Source of the DNA: Bacteroidia bacterium | Lineage (GTDB): Bacteria > Bacteroidota > Bacteroidia > NS11-12g > UBA9320 | Assembly: GCA_018402155.1 (NCBI GenBank) | Contig: JAGYJG010000001.1 | Location: 108,635 to 172,634, forward strand | DNA: 64,000 bases | Reading direction: 5' to 3' | In this document: in pieces, positions 28,879 through 38,681 of the stretch | Position numbering within the stretch: position 1 is the first letter of the stretch | How the letters are laid out: every line of letters begins with the position of its first letter | The notes under the pieces: model-generated | Told to the model about the DNA's origin: nothing | The model's input: the letters and a program-made list of their open reading frames with translations, nothing else | The model's database searches: none | Position numbers and translations under genes: made by a program

Positions 28879-29190
28879 ATGCAAAAAATAATTTTCATCA
28901 CACTCTTTCAGCTTTTTGCTATTTCAGCATTAGTAGCAGGTGATGTTCCAAAATTGGGTCAGAATTACCCCAATCCAGCAAAAGATAAAACTTCTATAGC
29001 TGTAGAGTTTAACTCAAATGAAGCCTTGCTGACTTTATCCAATATTTTGGGAGAGGTGATTTCTGTGCAAAGCCTTCCTCACTCGGGTACCTTTACGATA
29101 GATTTAACAGAAATCCCAGAAGGATTTTATTTCTATACCCTCACAGTAGATGGTCATAAGTTGACCAAAAAACTTACGGTTAAGAAGTGA
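28879..29190 (+). CDS. T9SS type A sorting (C-terminal) domain-containing mini-protein
   Basis: 103 aa: a signal peptide followed directly by LGQNYPNPAKDKTSIAVEF...GFYFYTLTVDGHKLTKKLTVKK, the Por secretion-tail pattern. Confidence 0.75.
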   Translation: MQKIIFITLFQLFAISALVAGDVPKLGQNYPNPAKDKTSIAVEFNSNEALLTLSNILGEVISVQSLPHSGTFTIDLTEIPEGFYFYTLTVDGHKLTKKLTVKK

Positions 29191-29277
29191 GAACTTTATA
29201 GTATTATTTATATTCTTGGGTTGTTGCAACAATAGCGGCTTTCAGATCTATATTTTTAGTTCAGATTATATCCTACA

Positions 29278-30282
29278 CTACCGATTCTGAAAATAGTTTA
29301 TGGCAGCTGATCTCCCATATTGCATTACTCTCAGTTTTGCAGCCTTCTTTTGCCGCTTTATTTTGGGATTAAATTGACAAGTGTTTACAAATATAGTTTG
29401 GGATTTTTGCTGCGGTCCTAGGTGCCTACGATTCAAATATTCGCTACTCAGCAAGCCAAAAGCCATCACATAATCCCTCGTTTTGAGTATATATTTTGGG
29501 GCAATATCTGTAGAAGACATATCATACTCTAGTTTTATGCCTAGAGTGTTTAGATTGCATTTATAATAAAAATTGGTCCCGTTATTTATAGATACTAATG
29601 TATCAAAAACGTAGAAGGGATAGTTGTCCAAAATGCCACCGTCCACCATTACCTTGGTTGTAGAGTCAGCATTTGGTTTTTCTACTAAGCTTCCATTTGG
29701 CTGCATAAAAACAGCTTCAAAGTACATGGGTATACTGATACTAATACGTATGGCATCCAAAATTTTCATGGTAGGATAGGTCTCGTGGCTAAATATTTCT
29801 ATTCTTTGATCGGTGAGATTAGCCCCTGTAATGTAGAGTAACTTTATTTTTTTTTCTGCTTGGTGTGCGTCGTATAGGTCTTTGAAAGTCATGTTTTTAG
29901 AATATCCTTTGGCCTGTATCAAAGCTCCTAAATCTTCTATTAATCGGTCGGTTTTATAATAACCATAGGTTTTTTTTAGACGGAGAAGGCCACCAATTAT
30001 TGGGATACCAACCTGATTGTATTTACCAAAATTAGTAGTCAGATTAAGTTGCCTTATTTCCTTACCGCTAAAGCCTATAGCATACATTAAGCCATTCATA
30101 GCCCCCGAGCTAGAACCTGCTACTTGTGTTATTTGATCTGTGATTCCTAGGCTATCTAATACTTCAAAAACGCCTGCATAAGCTAGTCCTTTCATTCCTC
30201 CACCCTCTAGTACAAGGTTGGTATATTGCGCTTGTACATTTGCACAGCTGCATAGTATCAGGAGGTATAGTAGCTTTTTCAT
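29278..30282 (-). CDS. Patatin-like phospholipase, secreted
   Basis: Signal peptide, GGGMKG oxyanion motif, GSSSGA (GxSxG) and DGG catalytic Asp motif. Confidence 0.85.
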   Translation of the reverse strand: MKKLLYLLILCSCANVQAQYTNLVLEGGGMKGLAYAGVFEVLDSLGITDQITQVAGSSSGAMNGLMYAIGFSGKEIRQLNLTTNFGKYNQVGIPIIGGLLRLKKTYGYYKTDRLIEDLGALIQAKGYSKNMTFKDLYDAHQAEKKIKLLYITGANLTDQRIEIFSHETYPTMKILDAIRISISIPMYFEAVFMQPNGSLVEKPNADSTTKVMVDGGILDNYPFYVFDTLVSINNGTNFYYKCNLNTLGIKLEYDMSSTDIAPKYILKTRDYVMAFGLLSSEYLNRRHLGPQQKSQTIFVNTCQFNPKIKRQKKAAKLRVMQYGRSAAINYFQNR

Positions 30283-30311
30283 ACTTGCAATCGTTTTTTT
30301 GGGTATTCCCG

Positions 30312-31667
30312 TTAGGCTAAAAATATATTTCCTATAATGAAATAAAGAAATAAGCCCAGCAGGTCGTTGCTGGTAGTAATGAATGGTCCTGTAGCCAATG
30401 CTGGATCTATTTTTAACCTATCAAGAGCAAGAGGCACTACTGTTCCTATTATAGCAGCCATTAGGATTACGGATAGCAGCGCTAGACTAACAGTCATCAT
30501 GATGTTCAGGTGATTTCCAGAAATAAATCCGTATCCCATTAATAATCCAGAGCAAACTAAACCATTTATGATAGCAATTATTAATTCTTTGCCGAGTTTA
30601 CCCCATACGTCACTATTTGTTATAGAATTATTGGCAAGACCCTGAACCATAATTGAGCTAGATTGCACTCCAACATTACCCGCCATAGCCATAATAAGGG
30701 GCATAAAAAGTGCGAGTTGTACGTTTCGCGCTAGTTCTGACTCAAATCCACCTATAACAAGTGAGCTGGCTATACCACCGGCAAGACCAACAATGAGCCA
30801 CGGAAGTCGTGCTCGCGTATTACTTAATACAGTATCAGAAGTATCTTTTCCGCCGGTGATACCTGATAACATTTGGTAATCCTTTTCCGCTTCGTCTTTT
30901 ACATAGTCGAGCACATCATCAAAAGTTACTCTGCCTACAAGTCTATTAAAAGCATCTACTATAGGTACCGCTACAAGGTCGTACTTTTGCATGGTAGCAG
31001 CTACCTCTTCGCCACTAGAGTAGGTACTTTCAGAAATAATGTTATTATCGTAAATGTCTTCTACCTTTTGATTTTCGGGGGTGAGTAGTATTTTCTTTAA
31101 GGAAATCCATCCTAGCAATTCTTCAAACTCGTCTACAACATATGCGGTGTACACTTGGCTAACTTCCTCGGCTTGTATGCGTATTTCATCTGTACATTGC
31201 TTTATGGTCCAGTTTTCTTTTACGCGTATTAGTTCCTTGGCCATAAGTGATCCAGCAGTATTCTCAGGGAATTTTAAAAGTGAAGCAATATTTCTGCTGT
31301 GTTCCTTATCTGTTATTGTTCGCAGTATTTCTTTACTCTGCCTTGAGTCCATTGCATTGAGTATATCGGCAGCATCGTCGGAGTCTATATACGCAAAAAA
31401 GTCGTGTGCAATCTGCTCATTAGTATAACCAGCCAAAAATTTAAGTTTCACATTATCTTCAAGTTCAGTAAGTACATCTACTTTTTTTTGCGGTTCTAGT
31501 AGTGATGCCAAATAGACTGCCTGCTTCAAGTTTAACTCGTCAAATAGTTCAGCAATATCAGCAGGATACAGCTTTTCTAATACTGGAAGGAGCTCTTCCT
31601 GATTGGTGCTTTCTATATGCGAAATAAGCTCGTGTACAAATTCCTTTGTTATTTCAATTGCAGACAT
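30312..31667 (-). CDS. mgtE: Magnesium transporter MgtE
   Basis: N-domain, tandem CBS region, and TM domain with GNVGVQSS and PFITTSNDLLGL blocks. Confidence 0.92.
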   Translation of the reverse strand: MSAIEITKEFVHELISHIESTNQEELLPVLEKLYPADIAELFDELNLKQAVYLASLLEPQKKVDVLTELEDNVKLKFLAGYTNEQIAHDFFAYIDSDDAADILNAMDSRQSKEILRTITDKEHSRNIASLLKFPENTAGSLMAKELIRVKENWTIKQCTDEIRIQAEEVSQVYTAYVVDEFEELLGWISLKKILLTPENQKVEDIYDNNIISESTYSSGEEVAATMQKYDLVAVPIVDAFNRLVGRVTFDDVLDYVKDEAEKDYQMLSGITGGKDTSDTVLSNTRARLPWLIVGLAGGIASSLVIGGFESELARNVQLALFMPLIMAMAGNVGVQSSSIMVQGLANNSITNSDVWGKLGKELIIAIINGLVCSGLLMGYGFISGNHLNIMMTVSLALLSVILMAAIIGTVVPLALDRLKIDPALATGPFITTSNDLLGLFLYFIIGNIFLA

Positions 31668-32418
31668 TTTTTTCTATAAAAGCAGTTAATTCTTCAAATT
31701 GCAAATAAGTCAAAGACTCGGGGCGCAAGGTACTAAAACGATGGGTATTTAAAATATCTTTAGGAATAATAGTAGATAGGCTATTGCTTAGGGTTTTCCG
31801 ACGCTGGCCAAAAGCAGTTTTTACAACGTGTTTCAGTGTTTTGGGATCGCATTGCCATTCGTGAGATATTTTACTGGCTCTCACGACGATGCTATTTACT
31901 CGTGGCGGTGGGTCAAAAGCCTCAGGCCCTAATGTCATTATTTTTTCTATTTTGTAGTAAAATGGGGTGAGCACACTTAGTATGCCGTAGTCTTTTTTGT
32001 CAGCAGGCACCGCTATCAGGCGTATGCCCATTTCAAGCTGAAACATGCCTACCCATCTTTCTACAAGATCGTGATTTTCTAATATTTTAAATACAATTTG
32101 AGACGAAATATTATATGGAAAGTTACCAATTAAACTAAATGGATTTTTGTAATAATCACGAAGGTTTATTTTTAAAAAATCTGCCTCAACTATAGCGATG
32201 TCATGAAAATGTTCCTTGAGGTAGGAGGCTGCTTCAGGGTCTATTTCTATGGCTCTAAAACGCTTGGTTTTTTTAATCATATGCTGAGTGATCATTCCCA
32301 TTCCCGGGCCTATTTCTAGTACGTCTTGCAATGCTAAATCTCCTAGACCATTGACAATGGTTTGGGCAGTTTCATTATTAGTTAGAAAATGCTGTCCAAA
32401 ATGTTTTTTAGCCTTCAT
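31654..32418 (-). CDS. rsmA: 16S rRNA (adenine1518/1519-N6)-dimethyltransferase
   Basis: AKKHFGQHFL and the SAM motif LEIGPGMG. The ATG at 32418 (MKAKKHFGQHFL) avoids the 29-nt overlap with lpxK implied by the ATG at 32436. Confidence 0.9.
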   Translation of the reverse strand: MKAKKHFGQHFLTNNETAQTIVNGLGDLALQDVLEIGPGMGMITQHMIKKTKRFRAIEIDPEAASYLKEHFHDIAIVEADFLKINLRDYYKNPFSLIGNFPYNISSQIVFKILENHDLVERWVGMFQLEMGIRLIAVPADKKDYGILSVLTPFYYKIEKIMTLGPEAFDPPPRVNSIVVRASKISHEWQCDPKTLKHVVKTAFGQRRKTLSNSLSTIIPKDILNTHRFSTLRPESLTYLQFEELTAFIEKNVCN

Positions 32419-33418
32419 TATTTTCGGTATGTCCAATTTTTGGTGTTATACAAGATTTTTGGGTGCTTATATTGTCCTTTAACCAAGGAATGAAAGCTAC
32501 GTCTCCTTCAATTTTATTGGTTATTTTGATATGTTTTATTTGATCTACTCCCTCCAGATATTTTATTTTCATCCAGTCTTTTTCGGTGCAAACTAAGGTA
32601 GCTCCATTGGCCTTAATTTTGAGAGCATCTATGTCTTTTTGTTCAAATGAATAGTGGTCTTTGTATTCTTTAAAATTCTTAAGTGTGTAATTTTCAGATA
32701 GATACTTGGCAAATAATGAGTTATTCGCTAGTCCACTGAAACCAAATACTGGTTCGTTTATGTTGATCTTTTGGTACACCATTTTGGCATAAAAAGTAGG
32801 TATTTTTAATTTGGTGTAAGGAGTATAATGGTCAGGACATTTCGTAAATATAAGAGCATTTGCTCTTTTGATTCCTTTTCTACTCTCGCGTAGCCTGCCC
32901 ACCGGCAAAAGGAAGTCTTGAAAATAGGGCTGGTCATATGTGCTCAATACCAATTGTGAAAGTGGTGTGATTGCCCTATGTTGAAAAGCGTCGTCTAAAA
33001 GGACTAAATTCACCATAGGTTGCTCTGTTAATATACGTTTTATACCTTCTACTCTATCCTCGCATACAGCTACCCATATGTTGCTAAACTTTGTTTTTAT
33101 TTGCAAAGGCTCATCTCCCGTGGCCAAAGCTGTATGCTGAGTTTCTACCCATCTAAAACCTTTTGTTTTTCGGCCATAGCCTCGGCTCAAAACGGCAATG
33201 TTGTAGTCCTCTTGCAAGGTAGTAATAAGATGCTCAACAAGCGGAGTTTTACCACTGCCTCCTACCGCTAGATTTCCAACTGAAACAATGGGAATTTCAA
33301 ACGAGGTAGTTCGTAAAATACCCTTGTCGTAACACCAATTTCGCACAGAAGTTACCACCCATAAAATAGCAGAAAACGGCCAAAATAATATATAACTAAT
33401 CTTTTTGATATCCTGCAA
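32408..33418 (-). CDS. lpxK: Tetraacyldisaccharide 4'-kinase
   Basis: N-terminal TM helix, P-loop VGNLAVGGSGKTP, and LLDDAFQH block. Confidence 0.88.
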   Translation of the reverse strand: MQDIKKISYILFWPFSAILWVVTSVRNWCYDKGILRTTSFEIPIVSVGNLAVGGSGKTPLVEHLITTLQEDYNIAVLSRGYGRKTKGFRWVETQHTALATGDEPLQIKTKFSNIWVAVCEDRVEGIKRILTEQPMVNLVLLDDAFQHRAITPLSQLVLSTYDQPYFQDFLLPVGRLRESRKGIKRANALIFTKCPDHYTPYTKLKIPTFYAKMVYQKININEPVFGFSGLANNSLFAKYLSENYTLKNFKEYKDHYSFEQKDIDALKIKANGATLVCTEKDWMKIKYLEGVDQIKHIKITNKIEGDVAFIPWLKDNISTQKSCITPKIGHTENNEG

Positions 33419-33597
33419 AGTAACGTAAATACAGTAGGAAAATTGGACCTTTGATTTCTAATTGTTTTTTTGTGGTAAAATATTTGAAGGTTTATTTCAA
33501 TAGTTCGTCTACATAAATTGAAATTTACTGTCTTACCGTGCAAAACACTTCTTCGTGTGTTAACTATTTTTTATGGTAAGAACCATATCTTCGCCCT

Positions 33598-34695
33598 ATG
33601 TACGTAGCAGATGTAATTAATCATTTGGAAAGTATAGCACCAGCTAGCCTCCAAGAGAGTTATGATAATAGTGGCCTTTTGGTAGGCCAAAAAGATACGC
33701 CCGTTAGTGGAGTTCTAGTCTGCTTGGACTGCATAGAATCTACGGTAGTAGAAGCAATAGAAAAAAAATGTAATCTCATAGTGGCTCATCATCCTATTGT
33801 TTTTAGTGGATTGAAACGTTTCAACAATGAAAATTATGTTCAACGTACCGTTCAGCTTGCTATTAAATATGATATAGCTATATACGCTATTCATACCAAT
33901 TTGGACAACGTTTATGAAAATGGAGTTAATGCTAAAATTGCCGAACAATTGGGGTTAATAAATACGAAAATTTTAGCTCCAAAATCAGGTGATTTGGTAA
34001 AACTAGTATGCTATTGTCCATTAGCAAATGAGGAACACATAAAAGAAGTACTTTTTGAAGCTGGTGCGGGTCATATAAGCAAGTATAGTGAGTGCTCTTT
34101 TACTACAGAGGGAATTGGCACTTTCAAACCCGGTGTGGGTACAAATCCAGTACTAGGAAAGGTAGGTACGCGACACGCTGAAAAGGAAGTGAAAATAGAG
34201 GTTATTTTGACAAAGCGCGATATGAATGCCGCAATAACGGCGCTGAAAAAAGCTCATTCTTATGAGGAAATAGGCTACGAAATCTACCCCACTTTGAATG
34301 AAACATCGTACGAGGGAAGCGGCATGGTAGGTGAGTTACCAGCAGCTATGAGTCCGGTTGAATTCTTGACATTTCTCAAATTGACAATGAACCTAGTGGT
34401 TATAAAACATACAATATGGAGTAAAGAAATACGCAAAGTTGCGGTATGTGGAGGGGCTGGGCAGTTTTTAATGAGTTATGCAAAGGCTTGTAATGCAGAT
34501 GCTTATGTCACTTCAGATTTTAAATACCATGAGTATTTCGATGCGGAAAATAAGCTGATGATTTGCGATATAGGTCACTATGAAAGTGAAAAGTATACAA
34601 TTGACCTACTATTTGATATTTTGAGTAAAAAATTTACTACCTTTGCCGTCCTTAAAACAGAGGTGAACACCAATCCGGTTAATTATTTTACATAA
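33598..34695 (+). CDS. Nif3-like dinuclear metal center protein (YqfO/GTP cyclohydrolase 1 type 2 homolog)
   Basis: NSGLLVG, IVAHHPIVF, YAIHTNLD and the PII-like insert; C-terminal GHYESE. Confidence 0.88.
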   Translation: MYVADVINHLESIAPASLQESYDNSGLLVGQKDTPVSGVLVCLDCIESTVVEAIEKKCNLIVAHHPIVFSGLKRFNNENYVQRTVQLAIKYDIAIYAIHTNLDNVYENGVNAKIAEQLGLINTKILAPKSGDLVKLVCYCPLANEEHIKEVLFEAGAGHISKYSECSFTTEGIGTFKPGVGTNPVLGKVGTRHAEKEVKIEVILTKRDMNAAITALKKAHSYEEIGYEIYPTLNETSYEGSGMVGELPAAMSPVEFLTFLKLTMNLVVIKHTIWSKEIRKVAVCGGAGQFLMSYAKACNADAYVTSDFKYHEYFDAENKLMICDIGHYESEKYTIDLLFDILSKKFTTFAVLKTEVNTNPVNYFT

Positions 34696-35487
34696 ATGGC
34701 AGCAAAAACAATAGCACAGAAACTCGAGCAACTTTACAAATTACAAACTATAGATACGCGTCTAGACCAGCTTCGTGCTGTGAGAGGTGAATTACCTATG
34801 GAGGTTTCTGACCTAGAAGATGAACTCATCGGTCTAAACACGAGACTTACAAATTTCACGGTTGAAATTGAAACCTTTAGTGAGCAGATACTTGCGAATA
34901 GAGAGCAAATAAGAACTTCTACAGAATTGATAAGAAAGTATAAGGCTCAACTAGAGAATGTGAAAAATAACCGCGAGTTTGATGCATTGAATAAGGAAGT
35001 AGAAATACAAGATTTGACCATTCAGGCAGCAGAAAAAAAGATAGGGGAAATAGAACGCTCCGTTAAACTAAAAGAAGAACTCATAAGTGATGTTCAAGAA
35101 AGGCTTAATGAACGAGAAAAAGATCTCGAAAATAAAAAATCTGAACTTCAGGAAATTACTGAAGAAACAGAAAAAGAAGAAGCCGCGATAACAGCAGAAA
35201 AAACAAATGCCTTGGAGTCTGTAGATGAAAAATTAATCAAAGCATACGAAAGAATTAGAGATAATTTTAGAAATGGGATAGCTGTAGCTCCTATTTTAAG
35301 AGGTGCATGCGGAGGTTGTTTTGCAAAAGTACCACCACAACTGCAATCAGATATTCGACAATCAAAAAAAATCGTAATTTGTGAAGCCTGTGGAAGGATT
35401 CAAATCGATGCGCGTATGGCTGGCATTGAAGAGCATGTGCAAGAAGATACGCCAAAACCAAAAAGAAGAGCTGTTCGTAAGAAATAA
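34696..35487 (+). CDS. Coiled-coil C4 zinc-ribbon protein (COG1579 family), the usual Nif3 partner
   Basis: Long heptad-rich region, then CGGC...17 residues...CEACGR. TAAATG junction with the Nif3 gene. Confidence 0.75.
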   Translation: MAAKTIAQKLEQLYKLQTIDTRLDQLRAVRGELPMEVSDLEDELIGLNTRLTNFTVEIETFSEQILANREQIRTSTELIRKYKAQLENVKNNREFDALNKEVEIQDLTIQAAEKKIGEIERSVKLKEELISDVQERLNEREKDLENKKSELQEITEETEKEEAAITAEKTNALESVDEKLIKAYERIRDNFRNGIAVAPILRGACGGCFAKVPPQLQSDIRQSKKIVICEACGRIQIDARMAGIEEHVQEDTPKPKRRAVRKK

Positions 35488-36973
35488 GCTCCTTAGGACT
35501 TTTCTTTTACTTCTGCTGATCAACAGTGCTTACCTCTGCAAAGCTGATCATAGATTCTACTTTAGTGAAAAATTACTTTCAGCACAAGCTCAAAATTTAG
35601 AGCTTCGCTTAAATTGTGCGTATAGTCTTCTGCAAGAAGAACTAGTAGATGACCCAACTAACAGTGCAGTGCACTACCTCCTTCATTTCAATGCGTTTTT
35701 AAAAGCATTTATATCAGAAGATCAAAGTGATTATGCAATTTATCGGCAGGTTCAAAATAATGCTCTATTTCATTACGAGGGTCTGCATGACAGTATTGCG
35801 TTTAAAAAACTAGCACAATCTGATGCGTACTTTTATGGAGCTACACTTAAAGCAAAGCTTGAAGAGTTTTATGGCGCTGCTATAGATGTGAATAGAGCCT
35901 ATTCATTGGTCAACGAAAATCACAGGTTATTTCCAAAATTTTTACCGAATAATAAAATACGGGGCATCATAAAGATCTATCTGAGCAAAGTCCCAGACAA
36001 CTATATATGGGTAGTACGTTTGCTGGGAATAGGCGGAGATATGCAGGAGGGACTCAGGCTTCTCAGGAATTTGGCACATACTAGGCAAGATTCTGGTTTT
36101 ATGCAACATTTTGCTAAAGAAGCTGCATACTTATACTCTTTTTCATTGATGCATGTTGCCAAACTTCCTGCCTTGGCTTGGAGTGAAACGCTAAAGTGTA
36201 CTAATGACTATACTACCAATCTTATGAGTACCTATTTTAGAAGTACAATCGCTGTTAAACTTAATAAAAATGAAACGGCTATTGGTATTTTGGAACGCAG
36301 GCCAATAAGTGCTGATTATGCCACCGTATATTTTTTAGACTATCTTTCAGGTGTGGCCAAACTAAATAAATTGGACGTTACTAGTATCCTAGATTTGTAT
36401 CAGTTTTACACACATAGTGAAGGCAAAAATTATCAAAAAAGTGTCTTACAAAAGATGAGCTGGTACTATGTTATTTTTAAAAACGAATCGAAGGCAACGT
36501 ACTATAAAATGCAAATTTCGTCGGTGGGAAAAAATATAAACGAAGAAGATAAGCAAGCTATGCGATATTCTAGTAAAGACTTACCCCATGAACAGTTGTT
36601 GAAAATTAGATTATTGTATGACGGAGGATATGTAAATAAAGCACAGGCAGTTGCTGTAGAGATTGATGTTAAAAGTCTCGAAAATATCCAACTGAAGGCA
36701 GAATACTGCTATCGCCGAGGTCGGATAATGGAAAAACTTGGACAATGGGATAATGCTATAAAACTTTACGAGGCGTGCACCCTCTATGGCGCAGATAGTG
36801 ACGAATATTATGCTTCATTTGCTAGCATTTATCTGGGGGACTTTTATCTAAAGCAAGGACGAAAGATTGAAGCTAAAAAATTTTATGAAAGGGCTTTAGG
36901 TTTTAAAAATAATAAGGAATATGTCAGTGCAGCTAAAAATAGAGCTTTGGAAGGTCTGCATCAACTGAAATAG
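35435..36973 (+). CDS. Hypothetical secreted TPR-like protein
   Basis: Hydrophobic N-terminal segment LLRTFLLLLLINSAYLCKA. The C-terminus has TPR-like repeats (AEYCYRRGRIMEKLGQWDNAIKLYE..., LGDFYLKQGRKIEAKKFYERAL). The start is uncertain: ATGs at 35381, 35408 and 35435 all overlap the upstream gene. Confidence 0.5.
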   Translation: MCKKIRQNQKEELFVRNKLLRTFLLLLLINSAYLCKADHRFYFSEKLLSAQAQNLELRLNCAYSLLQEELVDDPTNSAVHYLLHFNAFLKAFISEDQSDYAIYRQVQNNALFHYEGLHDSIAFKKLAQSDAYFYGATLKAKLEEFYGAAIDVNRAYSLVNENHRLFPKFLPNNKIRGIIKIYLSKVPDNYIWVVRLLGIGGDMQEGLRLLRNLAHTRQDSGFMQHFAKEAAYLYSFSLMHVAKLPALAWSETLKCTNDYTTNLMSTYFRSTIAVKLNKNETAIGILERRPISADYATVYFLDYLSGVAKLNKLDVTSILDLYQFYTHSEGKNYQKSVLQKMSWYYVIFKNESKATYYKMQISSVGKNINEEDKQAMRYSSKDLPHEQLLKIRLLYDGGYVNKAQAVAVEIDVKSLENIQLKAEYCYRRGRIMEKLGQWDNAIKLYEACTLYGADSDEYYASFASIYLGDFYLKQGRKIEAKKFYERALGFKNNKEYVSAAKNRALEGLHQLK

Positions 36974-37065
36974 TACTTGGAGTAGATATTATTGAGTTGC
37001 CTCATTACTATTAAATTCGGTTGTAAAAAAGTGAGTTGTACAATCTACTATTTATAGCTATGTGA

Positions 37066-37100
37066 TTTGTAAGGTATTAGACTAAATCGGTTTATTTTTG
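37066..37100 (+). promoter_or_regulatory. Bacteroidota-type promoter: -33 TTTG (37066-37069), 23-nt spacer, -7 TATTTTTG (37093-37100)
   Basis: Exact -7 box 26 nt upstream of the gltX ATG. The spacer is slightly longer than typical. Confidence 0.4.
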
Positions 37101-37126
37101 CGGCTTAAAGAGAATATTCGATACAT

Positions 37127-38647
37127 ATGAGTGAAAGACCAGTACGCGTACGATTTGCGCCTAGTCCAACAGGCCCCTTGCATATTGGTGGGGTGAGAAC
37201 AGCATTATATAATTACTTATTTGCTAAACAAAATGGAGGAAAGTTTTTGCTTAGAATAGAAGATACCGACCAAAAAAGATTTGTGCCGGGAGCTGAGGAG
37301 TATATAAATCAAAGTTTGGCGTGGCTTGGAATGTCACCAGACGAAGGCGTTAAAGAAGGCGGTGAATATGGCCCCTATAAGCAAAGCGAACGTATGGATC
37401 AATATGCTGCATATGCAGAGCAACTTGTGCAAAACGGTAATGCCTACTATGCGTTTGATACGCCTGAAGAACTAGACGAAATGCGTGCTAAACTTGAAGC
37501 GAATAGTATGAGTGCCAAGTATGATTCTACCTCGCGCATGAGCATGAAAAATTCTTTGACGTTGAGTGAAGATGAGGTGAAGGAGCGATTGAAACGGGGA
37601 GACAAGTATATTATCCGTATTAAACTTCAACGCAATGAAGAGATTCGTTTTCACGACGAAATACGTGGTTGGATAGTGTTTAATAGTAGCCAGCTTGATG
37701 ACAAGGTTTTACTCAAGGAAGATGGGCTTCCGACGTATCACCTTGCCAATATAGTAGATGATCATTTGATGGAAATCACCCACGTGATACGTGGCGAAGA
37801 GTGGCTGCCAAGTGCCCCACTCCACGTCATACTCTATAGCTATTTGGGGTGGGAGAGTACCATGCCAAAGTTTGCCCACCTCCCGCTTATTTTAAAGCCA
37901 GATGGCAAAGGTAAACTGAGTAAGCGAGACGGGGATAGACTGGGGTTTCCGGTATTTCCTTTAGAGTGGAAATCTACCGAGGGAGAAATAAGTAGCGGAT
38001 ATCGGGAGAGTGGATATATGCCAGAGGCTGTAGTTAATATGCTTGCTATGTTGGGGTGGCACCCCACAGATAACCAAGAACTATTTACAATGAATGAGCT
38101 TATAAATGCTTTCAGTCTAGAAAAAGTCTCAAAAAGTGGAGCGAAATTTGATATGGATAAAGCAAAATGGTACAATCACCATTATCTAATGAAAGCTAGT
38201 AGTTCACAACTCAGAAATATGGTAGACCATCAAATTTCGGAGGTACATTTATCCAGAGGTGAACATTATCTACTTCAGGTTTTAGAAATACTCAAAGAAA
38301 AGGTAAGTTTTGCGGGAGATATTTTACCATTAGGCCAATACTTCTTCGATGTGCCAGAGACGTATGACGAAAATGTGAAACGGAAAAAATGGAAAGATGA
38401 AATACCTATGCACATTACAAATTATGTAGATGGACTATTGTCAGAACATAAATCTAAAGCTTCAGAAATGGAAGAGTACTTGCAAACATATGCAGATGAC
38501 CAGAGGCTAAGCAAAGGGATACTCATGCAACCTCTGCGTTGGGTAGTTAGTGGTCAGGCTGGTGGTCCTCCTATTTTTCAAATGTTAGAGCTAATAGGGC
38601 TCGAAGAAATCCGAAGAAGAGTAGATATAGCAAAAGAAAAGTTTTAA
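37127..38647 (+). CDS. gltX: Glutamate--tRNA ligase
   Basis: RFAPSPTGPLHIGG (HIGH motif), KLSKRD (KMSKS motif), and class I GluRS core blocks. Confidence 0.93.
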   Translation: MSERPVRVRFAPSPTGPLHIGGVRTALYNYLFAKQNGGKFLLRIEDTDQKRFVPGAEEYINQSLAWLGMSPDEGVKEGGEYGPYKQSERMDQYAAYAEQLVQNGNAYYAFDTPEELDEMRAKLEANSMSAKYDSTSRMSMKNSLTLSEDEVKERLKRGDKYIIRIKLQRNEEIRFHDEIRGWIVFNSSQLDDKVLLKEDGLPTYHLANIVDDHLMEITHVIRGEEWLPSAPLHVILYSYLGWESTMPKFAHLPLILKPDGKGKLSKRDGDRLGFPVFPLEWKSTEGEISSGYRESGYMPEAVVNMLAMLGWHPTDNQELFTMNELINAFSLEKVSKSGAKFDMDKAKWYNHHYLMKASSSQLRNMVDHQISEVHLSRGEHYLLQVLEILKEKVSFAGDILPLGQYFFDVPETYDENVKRKKWKDEIPMHITNYVDGLLSEHKSKASEMEEYLQTYADDQRLSKGILMQPLRWVVSGQAGGPPIFQMLELIGLEEIRRRVDIAKEKF

Positions 38648-38681
38648 TAAATATTAGAAAAATAATTTGCATCAAAGAGGG

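Noticed and set aside
29219-29230. 12-nt perfect palindrome TTGTTGCAACAA in the convergent spacer after the T9SS mini-gene
   Set aside because: With no loop it cannot form a meaningful hairpin. A single short palindrome in 64 kb is unremarkable.
29847-29855. A9/T9 homopolymer inside the patatin-like phospholipase CDS (encoding EKKIK), a possible slipped-strand phase-variation site
   Set aside because: Runs of 8-10 A/T are frequent throughout this AT-rich window, both in coding and intergenic DNA. The ORF is intact and nothing suggests contingency-locus behaviour.
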